A stretch of DNA of 64,000 bases from the human T2T-CHM13v2.0 reference genome, Homo sapiens. This document shows positions 1-13,139 of the stretch, in pieces (within the stretch, counting starts at the first letter, position 1; every line of letters starts with the position of its first letter). The notes under the pieces are model-generated. The model did no database searches. It was not told the origin of the DNA and worked only from the letters and a program-made list of their open reading frames with translations. The position numbers and the translations under genes are program-made. Location of the stretch: assembly GCF_009914755.1 (NCBI RefSeq), contig NC_060945.1, one strand, 5' to 3'.

Positions 1-251
<251 letters not shown>

Positions 252-866
252 CGGTGAGCCCTGGGACAGTCCGCCCAAACTTGGAAGGGTCCCAGGGCGT
301 CGAGGCCTGCGGCCGGGTTGTGGTGGGGTTGGTGGGGAGGGCGTGGTGATGGTGGTGGTGGGGCCGGAAAGACGAAGAGTAAGGGGGCGAGGGCGAACGG
401 GTGAGGGGGGCGCGTTTCAGGGGCTGGCTCTCCAGACCACACCAGGAAACCCGTGGGAACTGGAAGCCGCTTTCTGGGCTCCCACGCATCATCAGCAGGG
501 AGAAACCGGCCTGGGAGGGTGGAGGGGAGTGTGGAACTGAACCTCCGTGGGAGTCTTGAGTGTTCCAGGCCCTGTCTCCATGAAGTAGTCAGTGCCTGTG
601 GGTGTCGCCATTGCCAGGACAGTCTCACAAGCGCAGATGTGTGACTCTCGTTCATTTCCACATAGGAGACCAGACCGAGACCCCAGAGAGAAGATGCCTC
701 CCAGGCCTGATGGCCTGACGATGGTTTCCCGTGTGCAGCAACATGGGAAGTCTGCAGTGTGTCCGGTTTGGAAACTGGCAGGGACAGCGAAGGCACCATG
801 ACGGTCTTCTACCCTTCCCTGCATGTTTCCAGGTGCCTGCAGAGCTCCGGGAGCAAACAGTCAGCA

Positions 867-3800
867 TGACACATCTCTGAAGTGATCAACAAAGTGATGT
901 AACCCTTGTCTAGGCTCTGCCTACAGGGGCTTTGTGACATAACTCTGCAAGGATCATACAGGTGATGGGGCTTTTGTCTAGGCTCTGACTAAGGGGGCAT
1001 TGTGACATATTTCTGCACTGATCACCCAGGTGACGGACTCTTGTCTTGGATCTGCCTATGGGGACCTTGGGTCATATCTCTGCACTGATAACCCAGGAGA
1101 TGTAACTGTTGTATAAGCTCTGCCTACAGGGGAATTGTGAGAGATCTCGCCACTGATCACCCAAGTGATGTAACTATTGTCTAGGCTTTGCCTACAGGGG
1201 GCTTTGTGAAATAAATTTGCACTGATCACCCAGGTGACGTAACTCATCTAAGTTCTGCTACAGGAGCTTTGTGACATATCTCTGCACTGATCATTTAGGT
1301 GATGTAACACTTTTATAAGCACTGCCTACAGGGAATTTTGAAAAGTCTGCACACTGATCACCTAGGTGATGTAACTCTTGTCTACCCTCTGCCCAAAGGG
1401 CGCATTGTGAAATATCTCTGCACTGATCACCCTGGTGATTCAACTCTTGTCTAGGATCTGCCTAAGGGGGTATTGTGAAATATCTCTGCACTGATCAACT
1501 AGGGGATGTAACTCTTGTCTAGGCTCTGCCTGCAGGGCCGTTTTCACATATCCCTGAACTGATGACAAAGGTGATGTAACTCTTGCCTAGGCTTTGCCCA
1601 CAGGGGACATTGTGACATATCTCTGCACTGATCACCCAGGTGATGTAATTCTTCTCTATGCTCTGCCTACAGTGGATATTGTGACATATCTCTACACTGA
1701 TCACCCAGGTAATGCAACTCTTCTCTATGCTCTGCCTACAGGGGGCATGGTGAAATATCTCTGCACTGATCACCCAGGTGATGTAACTGTTTCCTAGTCT
1801 CTGCCTACAGAGGTTGTTGTAACATCAGTCTGCACGGATCACCCGGGTTATGTAACTATTGTCTAGGCCCTGTGTATTGGGGCATTGTGACTTATCTCTG
1901 CACTGACCACCCAGGAGATGTGACTCTTGTCTAAGCTCTGCCTAGAGGGACATCTGGACATGTCTCTGCACTGATGGCTGAGGTGAAGTAAAAATTGTCT
2001 AGGCTTCGCCTACAGTGGGATTTATGACATATACCTGCACTGATCACCCAGGTGATATAACTCTTGTCTAGGCTCTGCTTACAGGGGGTATTGTGAGATA
2101 TCTCTGCACTGATCACCCAGGTGATGTAACTCTTGTCTAGGCTCTGCCTACAGGAGCATGTTAACAGATCACTGCACTGGTCACCGAGATGATGTAACTC
2201 TTTTGTAGGCTTCGCCGACAGGGGGCATTGAGACATATCTGTGCACTGGTCCCCCCCCGAGGTGACGTAAATCTTGTCTGGGGTCTGCTTACAGGGGGCA
2301 TTGTGACATATCCCTGCCCTGATCACCCAGGTGATGTAACACTTGTCTAGGCTGTGACCACAGAGGGATTGAGATATATCTCTGCACTGATCCCGAGGTG
2401 ATACAACTCTTGCCTTATCTCTGCCTACTGGGGACATTGTGACATAACTCTGCACTGATCTCCCAGGTTCAGTAACTTTAGTCTATGCTCTGGCTACAAG
2501 GCATCATGACAAATCACTGCACTGATCACCCAGGTGATATAACTCTTGTCTATGCTCTGCCTACAGGGGGCCTGTGAAATATTTCTGCACTGATCACCCA
2601 GGTGATATAATTCTTCTTTAGGATCTGACTACAGGGTGCTTTGAGACATATCTCTACAATGATCACCCAGGCGATATACCACTTGTCAAGGCTCTGCCTA
2701 CAGGGGCATTGCGATGTATCTCTGCACTGATCACCTAGGTCATGTAACTGTTGTCTAGGCTCTGGCTACAGTGGCATTGTGACATATTTCTGCACTGATC
2801 ACCCAGGTGATGTAACGCTTGTCTAGGATCTGCCTAAAGTCACTTTGTGACATATACCTGCATTGATCATCCATGTGATGGGGCTGTTGTATAGGCTCTG
2901 CCTAAGGGGGCATTGTGACATATTTCTGCACTGACCACCCAGGTGATGGACTCTTTTCTTGGATCTGCCTATGGGGGCATTTTGACATATCTCTGCACTG
3001 ATCACCCAGGTGATGTAACTGTTGTAGAAGCTCTGCCTACAGGGGAATTGTGAGAGATCTCGCCACTGATCACCCAAGTGATGTAAATATTGTCTAGGCT
3101 TTGCCTACAGGGGGCTTTGTGACATACCTTTGCACTGATCACCCAGGTGATGTAACTCATCTAAGTTCTGCTACAGGAGCTTTGTGACATATCTCTTCAC
3201 TGATCACTTAGGTGATGTTACACTTTTATAAGCACTGCTTACAGGGAATTTCGACAAATCTCGGCACTGATCACGTAGGTGATGTAACTCTGGTCTACCC
3301 TCTGCCCAAAGGGGGCATTGTGAAATATCTCTGCATTGATCACCCAGGTGACTCAACTCTTGTCTAGTATCTGCCTACAGGGGATATTGTGAAATATCTC
3401 TGCACTGATCAACTGGGTGATGTAACTCTTGTCAAGGCTCTGCCTACCAGGGCGTTTTCACATATCCCTGAACCGATGACAAAGGTGATGTTACTCTTGC
3501 CTAGGCTTTGACTACAGGGGACATTGTGACACATCTCTGAACTGATCAACCAAGTGATGAAACTCTTTTCTAGGCTCTGCCTACAGGGGCTTTGTGACAC
3601 ATCTCTGCACTGATCACCCTGGGGAGGGAACTCTTGTCTACGCTCTGCCTACAGGAGGCTTTATGACTTATACCTGCACTGATAACCTAGTTGATGTAAC
3701 AATTGTCTAGGCTCTACCTACACGGGAATTCTCCCATATCTCTGCACTGATCACCCAGGTGATGTAACTCCTCTCTAGGTTCAGCCTTCAGGAGAGTTTT

Positions 3801-4402
3801 GACATATCTCTGCACTGATAACCCAGGTGATGTAACACTTGTCTAAGCTCTGCCTACAGGGGCATTGTGACAGATCTCGCCACGGCTCACCAAGGTGATG
3901 TAACAATTGTGTGGGCTTTGCCTTCAGGGGGCTTTGTGATATAGATTTCCACTGATCAAAGAGGTGATGTAACTCTTGTCAAGGTTCTGCTTAAAGGGGC
4001 TTTGTGACATATCTCTGCACTGAACACCCCAGGGAGGAAACAGTTGTATACACTCTGCCTACAGGAGGCTTTACCACTTATCCATTCCCTGATCACTGGG
4101 TGACATAACACTTGTCTTGGCTCTGACTACACGGGAATTTTCACATATCTCTACACTGATCACCTAAGTGATGTAACCCTTGTCTAGGTTCAGCCTACTG
4201 GGGATTTCTGACATACATTTGCACTGATCACCGAGGTCATGTAAATCATTTCCAGGCTTTTTGTACAGGGGACATTGTGATACATCTCTGCACTGATCAC
4301 CTAAATAAGGCAAATCATCTCCAGGCTCCACAGGGAGGGGGCATTGTGATATATTTCTGAACTGATCATCCAGGAGATGTAACTATTCTCCAGGCTTTGA
4401 CT
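867..4402 (-). repeat. Beta satellite (68-bp Sau3A/BSR) block, minus orientation
   Basis: Tandem ~68-bp monomers, reverse complement of GATCAGTGCAGAGATATGTCACAATGCCCCTGTAGGCAGAGCCTAGACAAGAGTTACATCACCTGGGT. Confidence 0.95.
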
Positions 4403-5974
4403 AAAGATCGTCGTAAGGTGGTGGGAGAAACTCAGCCGGAATTTCAAGGACGGACAAGGGCACAGAGAGGCCAGTGGGCTCCCTTGCACATCAGCCGGGG
4501 TACGCAATGAGTGCAGGTCTAGCCAGGAGGACTGCTAAGAGTGCTAGAAGTCTGCGTTCCGCCCCCAGGCGCTCCATGGTGGCAGCTGGGAGGCTGCAGG
4601 GGAACGCGCGGGCCGGCTATGGTGGCATGGAGGTGCAGAGGATGCAAGCCACCGAAGGGAAGTCAGGAAAGGACGCTGCGTGGGCCCAGTGTTTCGCGGG
4701 ACGGGGGTCTCCACCCAGGCCAGGGGAGTGCGCTTTTTCCGGGGGTGGGGTGTGGGGGTGGGAGGGGGTGGTCAGGCGGGGGTGGGGTGGTGGAAAGGCA
4801 TGAGACCTCTTCCCGGGCTGCTCCCACAGCCCAGGCGGCTGCCCGCAAACCCGCGCGTGTGCAGTAGGCGGCCCACCTGCTGGTACCTGGGAGGGCTCTG
4901 GGATCCCCGGGATGACCAGGAAATAATGGCAGTTCTCCGCTGTGTGGAGTCTCTCAACGGGCCTAGACCTAGAAGTCAGGAATCTCAGGCGGGTCAGACC
5001 GGTTGAGGGGGCGGGGGGAAGACACGGCCCTCATTAGCCAGCCAGGTGTTCCCCGCGAAAGAGAGGCAAGCGCCCTGCCAGGATCCGATCCCGTCCCAAC
5101 CCCGCGACCTAAAGCTCCTGAGCAGAGCCCGGTATTCTTCCTCGCTGAGGGGTGCTTCCAGCGAGGCAGCCTCTTCCAAGACCTCCAGCTCCCCCGGGGC
5201 CTCCATTTCTAGGAAAGGTTGCGCCAGCTGCAGAAACTCTGCGCTCTCCAGGAGCTCATCCAGCAGCACACTGGAGGGGAATGCAGAAGAGCGCCCTGGC
5301 TCCTGGAGTGCCTGGGAGGGTGCCGGGATGCCTAGGATCTGCCACTGCCGGGCAGAGGCCTCTGGGGCATGGGCTGGCGAGGTGGGGATGCCCTGGCTTG
5401 GGGTTCCCACGCCGCCCCGGCGACCTGCGGACACCGGCCACAACCCCATGATGGACTCCCCTGGGACGCAGGTGGCGCAAGGACACCTTGGCCCTGTGGG
5501 CCCGCCTGAGCGGGCCCAGGCTGTCCCACCGCGCAAGGGCCCAGCAAGCTGTCGCGCTGCGAGTCTCGGTCCTCCCGGCTTTTGCCCAGGTGCGGAGGCC
5601 ACCAAGGAGCCTGAGGATCGGAGAACGCCACTTCCAGAGGAGACAGGGCGGCGTAGGCAAAATCCCCGCATGCCGGGGAAGGTTGGGAGATCCCCTCTGC
5701 TGGCGCAGTCTGGCTGGGCTGGAGCACGGGGATGGCCCTCGCTCCCTGGCTCACAAAAGAACCCTGTGGGAGATCCCCAGGTGTGCAGGGCACGTGGGAT
5801 GCGGGAAGCCCCGTTCCCCATGCGCCGGTGTGGGCGAAGTGGACCCAGAAGGGAGCAGGGTGACAGCCACCGGGGGAGGCATTGTACGGGCCGCCTGCCT
5901 GCACGGGCACCCTACCCGCCTCTCCCGGGTGCCTGGTCCTTCGATTCTGAAACCAGATATCACTCCTGGTATCC
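4403..5974 (-). repeat. D4Z4-derived unit B, 5'-truncated at an inversion junction
   Basis: Contains the DUX4-like 3' half, KpnI site GGTACC (~4882) and pLAM-like tail; homology to the unit ends at ~5974. Confidence 0.9.
5109..5974 (-). pseudogene. DUX4L: DUX4-like pseudogene fragment (end of homeodomain 2 to C-terminus), frameshifted
   Basis: [12 protein letters not shown]... in ORF 5332..6288 and [20 protein letters not shown]...EEEYRALL in ORF 4994..5821 (different frames); a 1-nt deletion destroys the terminal LLEEL. Confidence 0.9.
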
Positions 5975-6293
5975 GGGCTGGGTGGAGACCAATGTCCCGG
6001 GAAACACCGGGCTTGCCCAGCATCCAGGCCTGACACCCCTCTGGCGGCTCGCCTCCTCTGCACCTCCACGCCACCGTCGCCGGCCCGCCTGTACACCTGC
6101 AGCCTCCCAGCTGCCACCATGGAGCTCCTGGCGGCGGAACTCAGACCTCTAGCTGTCTTTGCCGGCCTCCTGGCTAGACCTCTGATCATTGCGCACATCT
6201 GCTGACATGCAAGGGAGCCAGCTGGCCTCTCTGTGCCCTTGTCTGTCCGTGAAATTCCAGAGGAGGCTCTCCCAACACTTTCTGACACTCTTT
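5975..6293 (+). repeat. Unit C: isolated 3' tail (intron-2/pLAM-like) of a D4Z4-derived unit
   Basis: Matches the last ~320 bp of the complete + units (GGGCTGGGTGGAGACC...GTGAAATTCC...CTCTTT|AGTCAAAGCC). Confidence 0.88.
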
Positions 6294-9200
6294 AGTCAAA
6301 GCCTGGAGAATAGTTACATCTCCTGGATGATCAGTTCAGAAATATGTCACAATGCCCCCTCCCGGTGGAGCCTAGAGAAGATTTGCATCATTTGGGTGAT
6401 CAGTGCAGAGATATATCACAATGTTCCCTGTACAAAAAGCCTGGAAACGATTTACATCACCACTGTTATCAGTGCATAGGTATGTCAGAAATCCCCAGTA
6501 GGCTGAACCTAGGCAAGGGTTACATCACTTAGGTGATCAGTGTAGAGATATGTGAAAATTCCCGTGTAGACAGAGCCTAGACAACTGTTACATCACCTAG
6601 TGATCAGTGCAGGGATACGTCATTAAGCCTCCAGTAAGCAGAGTGTACACACCTGTTTCCTCCCTGGGGTGATCAGTGCAGATATGTTACAAAGCCCCTG
6701 TAAGCGTAACCTTCACAAGGGTTACATCACCTGTTTGATCAGTGGAAATGTATATCACAAAGCCCCCTGTAGGCAAAGCCCAGACAATTGTTACATCACC
6801 TGGGTGAGCAGTGGAGAGATCTGTCACCATGCCCCTGTAGGCAGAGCTTAGAAAAGGGTTGCATCACCTGGTTGATCCATGCAGAGATATGTGAAAATTC
6901 TCCTGTAGGCTGAACCTAGACAATAGTACCATCACCTGGGTGATAAGTGCAGAGATATCTCACAAAGCCCCTGCAGGAGGAGCCAAAAAAGTGTTACATC
7001 ACCTGGGTGATCAGAGCAGAAATATGTCACAAAGCCCCTGTAGGCCGAGCCTAGACAAGAGTTACATCTCCTGGGTCATCAGTGCAAAGATATGTCACAA
7101 AGCCCCGTGTAGACAAATCCCAGAGAATTGTTATGTCACCTGGGTGATCAGTGGAGATATCTGTCACAATTCCCCTTTAGGCGCAGCTTAGACAAGCGTT
7201 ACATCACATGAGTGATCAGTGCGGAGATATGTCACTATGCCCCCATAGGCAGATCCAAGAATAGAGTCCATCACCTGGGTGATCACTGCAGAAATATGCC
7301 ACAACGCTGCCAGTAGGCAGATATAGACAAGCGTTACATCACCTGGGTGATCACTGCAGACATATGTCACAATGCCCCTGTAGGCAGACCCTAGACAAGA
7401 ATCCCATCACCTGGGTGATCACTGCAGAATTATGTCACAATGCCCCCTTTTGGCAGAGCCTAGACAAGGGTTACATCACATGGGTGATCAGTGCAGAGAT
7501 GTGTCACAAGCACCCTGTAGCCAGAGCCTAGACAACTGTTACATCAGCTGTGTGATCTGTGCAGTGACATGTCACAATGTCCCTGTAGCCATATCCTTGA
7601 GAAAAGTGACATCACCTGGGTGATCAGTGAGGAGATATGACACAATGTCTCCAGTAGACAGAGCCTAGACAAGAGTTACATTACCTGGGTGATCAGGGCA
7701 GAGATATGTCACAATGCCCCCTGTAAGCAGATCCCAGACAAGAGTTGCATCACCTCGGTGATCAGTGCAGAGATATGTCTCAATGCCCCCTGTCCACGAA
7801 GCCTATGCAAGAGTTACATCATCTCGGTGATCAGTGCAGTGATATGTTAAAATGCCCCTGTAGGCAGAGGCCAGACAAGTGTTACATCTCCTGGGTGATC
7901 AGTGCAGAGATATGTCACAATACCACCTGTAAGCAGAGCCTAGACAAGAGTTACATCACCTGGGTGATCAGTGCAGGGATATGTCATAAATACCACTGTA
8001 CATAAAGCCTAGACAAGTTTTACATCACCTCAGCGACCAGTGCAGAGATGTGTTCCAATGTCCCTCTAGGAAGAGCTTAGTCAAGTGTCACATCTACTGG
8101 GTGATCAGTGCAGAGATAAGTCACAGTGACCCCGTAGGCAGAGCCTAGAGTTACATATCCCGGGTGATCCGTGCAGAGTGATGTCACAACGCCCTCTGTA
8201 GGCAGAGACAAGAAAACAGTTACATCACCTGGGTGATCAGTGCAGAGATACGTCACAATGCTCCATGTAGGCAGAGCATAGAGAAGAGTCGCATCACCTG
8301 GGTGATCAGTGCAGAGATATGTCGCAATGTCCCCTGTAGGCAGAGCATAGAGAAGAGATGCATCACCTTTGTCATCAGTTCAGTGACATGTGAAAACGCC
8401 CCGGTAGGCAGAGCCTAGACACTATTTACATCAACTAGTTGATCAGTGCAGAGATATCTCACAATACCCCCTGTAGGCAGATCCTAGACAAGAGTTGAAT
8501 CACCTGGGTGATCAGTGCAGAGATATTTCACAATGAACCCTTTTGGCTGAGGGTAGACAAGAGTTACATCAGCTAGGTGATCAGTGCAGAGATTTGTCAA
8601 AATTCCCTGTAGGCAGTGCTTATAAAAGTGTTACATCACGTAAGTGATCAGTGAAGAGATATGTCACAAAGCTCCTGTAGGCAGAACTTAGATGAGTTAC
8701 GTCACCTGGGTGATCAGTGCAAAGGTATGTCACAATGCCACTTTAGGCAGAGCCTATACAAGAGTTACATGACCTAGGTGATCAGTGCAGAGATACCTTG
8801 CAATGTCCCTGTAGGCAGAGCCTTGACAAGTGGTACGTCACCTGGGTGATCATTGCAGGGATATGTCACAAAGCACCCTGTAGGCAGATCCTAGAATATA
8901 GTTACATCACCTGGTTGATCAGTGCACAGATATGTCACAATGCCACTTTAGGCAGAGCCTATAAAAGAGTTACATGACCTAGGTGATCAGTGCAGAAATA
9001 TGTCACAATGTCACTGTAGGCAAACCTAGACAAGTGTTACATGACCTAGGTGATCAGTGCAGAGATATATCACAATGCTCCTGTAGGCAGAGCCTTTACA
9101 AGTGGTATATCACCTGGGTGATCATTGCAGGGATATGTCACAAAGCACCCTGTAGGCAGATCTTAGAGAAAAGTTATATCATCTGGGTGATCAGTGCAGA

Positions 9201-10367
9201 GATATGTCACAAGCCCCCTCTAGGCAGAGCCTAGACAAGAGACATATCACCTGGGTGATCAGTGCAGTGATATGTCACAATGCCGTGTAGCCAGAGCCTT
9301 GACTAAAGTTACAGCAGCTGGGAGATCAGTGCAGAGGTATGTCACAACGTCCCCTGTAGGCAGAGACCAGGCAAGAGTTGGATCACCTTGGGATCAGTGC
9401 AGAGATATGTCTCAATCCCCCTGTGGGCACATCCTAGACAAGAGTTACATCAGCTCGGTTAACAGTGCAGAGTTGTCAACATGTCCCTGTAGGCAGAGCC
9501 TACACAAGTGTTACATCACTTAGGTGATCATTGCAGAGATATGTCACAATGCCCCCTGTGAGCAGAGCCTAGACAAGTGTTACATCACCTGGGTGATCAG
9601 TGCAGACATAAGTGACAAGGCGCCTTTAAGCAGTGCCTAGAAAAAAGTTTCATAACCAGAGTGATCAGTGCAGAGATCTCTCACCATGCCCCTTTAGGCA
9701 GAGCTTAGACCAGAGTTACATCACCTGGGTGATCAGTGCAGAGATATGTCACAATGCCCCCATAGGCAAGTACAAGACAAGAGTCCATCACCTGGGTGTT
9801 CATTGCAGAAATATGTGACAAAGCCCCCAGTAGGCAGAGCCCACAGAATAGTCCCATCACCTGGGTGATCAGTGCAGAGATATTTCACAATATCTCTGCC
9901 CTGCAGGCAGAGCGTAAGCAAGAGTTATGTCACCTAGATGATCAGTGCAGAGATATGTCACAAGGGCCCCTATAGGCATAGCCTGGACAAGAGTTACATC
10001 ACCTCGGTGATCAATGCAGTGATATGTCACTATGCCCCATAGGCAGAGCCTAGTCAAGCGTTACATCACCTGGGTGATCAGTGCAGAGTTATGTCACAAA
10101 GCCCCCATGCACAGTGCCTAGACAAGAGTCCCATCACCTGGGTGATCAGAGCAGAAATATGTCACAATGCCTCCATAGGCAGATCCAACACAAGAGTTAC
10201 ATCACCTGGGTGATCAGTGTAGAGATATGTCACAATGCCCCCATAGGCAGAGCCTAGACAAAAGTCCCATCACCTGGGTGATCAGTGCAGAGAATATCTC
10301 AAAGCCCCTGTAGGCAGAGCCTTGACAAGTGTTACATCACTTTTTTGATCAGTTCAGAGATGTGTCA
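6294..10367 (+). repeat. Beta satellite block
   Basis: Tandem 68-bp monomers with GATC sites. Confidence 0.95.
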
Positions 10368-10992
10368 TGCTCACTCTTTGCTCCCAGAGCTCTGCGGGCA
10401 CCCGGAAACATGCAGGGAAGGTTGGAAGACTGGCATGGTGCATTCGCTCTCCTTCCCAGTTTCCAAACCGGCCACACTGCAGACTCTCCATGTTGCCGCA
10501 CACGGGAAGCCATCCTCAGGCCATCATGCCGGTGAGGCATCTTCTCTCCGGGGTCTTGCTCTGGTCTCCTAGGTGGAAATGAACGAGAGCCACATCCTTG
10601 TGTGTGTGACACTGTCCTGGCAAAGGCAACACCCACAGGCACTGCCTCCTTCACGGAGAGAGGGCCTGGAACACTCAAGACTCCCACGGAGGTTCAGTTC
10701 CACACTTCCCTCCACCCTCTCAGGCCGGTTTCTCCCTGCTGAAGACATGTGGGAGCCCACAGAGCGGCTTCCAGTTCCCGTGGGATCCCTGGAGAGGTCC
10801 GGAGAGCCAGACCCTGAAACGCGCCCCCCTCACCCCTTCCCCCTCGCCCCCTTCCTCTTCGAGCCTCCGGCCCCACCACCGCCATCACAACGCCCTCAAC
10901 CCCCACCCCAACACCCTCCGGCCCCAGGACTCGAAGCCCTGGGCCCCTTCCGGGATGGGGCGGTATGTCCCAGGGCTCACCACCATTAATGA

Positions 10993-11145
<153 letters not shown>

Positions 11146-11163
11146 TGACCGGGTCTCACCGCG

Positions 11164-12432
<1,269 letters not shown>

Positions 12433-13139
12433 GACGCGGGGTGGGGACGTGGTCGGGTCCAGGCAGGGCGGTGGTCTCTCTTTCGCAAGGAACACCTGGC
12501 TGGGTATGGAGGGGCGTGTCTTCCCCACGCTCCCTCCACCAGGCTGACCGGCCTGGGATTCCTGCCTTCTAGGTCTAGGCCGGGTGAGAGGCTCCACACA
12601 GCGGAGAGCTGCCATTCTTTCCTGGGCATCCCGGGGATCCCAGAGCTGGCCCAGGTACCAGCATGTGTGCCGCCTACTGCACAACTGCGGCTTTTCGGGC
12701 AGCCGCCTGAGCTGTGGGAGCAGCCCGGGCAGAGCTCTCATGCCTTTCCACCTCCCCACCTCCGCCTGACCACCCCCACCCCAACCCCACCACCCAACCC
12801 CAGGAAATGAGTCCTCCCCTGGGCTAGGTGGAGACCCCCGTCCCATGAAACACCAGGCCCGCGCTGCGTCCAGGCTAGTCACCCCTCCGGCGGCTCACCT
12901 CCTCTGCGCCTCCACGCTACTGTCGCCGACACGCCCGTGCCCCTGCAGCCTCTCAGCTGCCACCATGGAGCACCTGGCGGTGGAACGCAGACTTCTAGCT
13001 CTCTTTGCCGGCCTACTGGATAGACCTGCGCTCATTGGGCACCCCGGGTAATGTGCAAGAGAGCACGCTGGCCTCTCCGTGCCCTTGTCCGTCTGTGAAA
13101 CTCCAGCTGAGGCTCTCCCAACACCTTCCGACGATCTTT

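Noticed and set aside
5046-6152. Long antisense or alternative-frame ORFs over DUX regions (368 aa here; also 18993..19916, 32150..33160, 40635..41465)
   Set aside because: Expected by-product of very GC-rich sequence; endpoints are not conserved between copies
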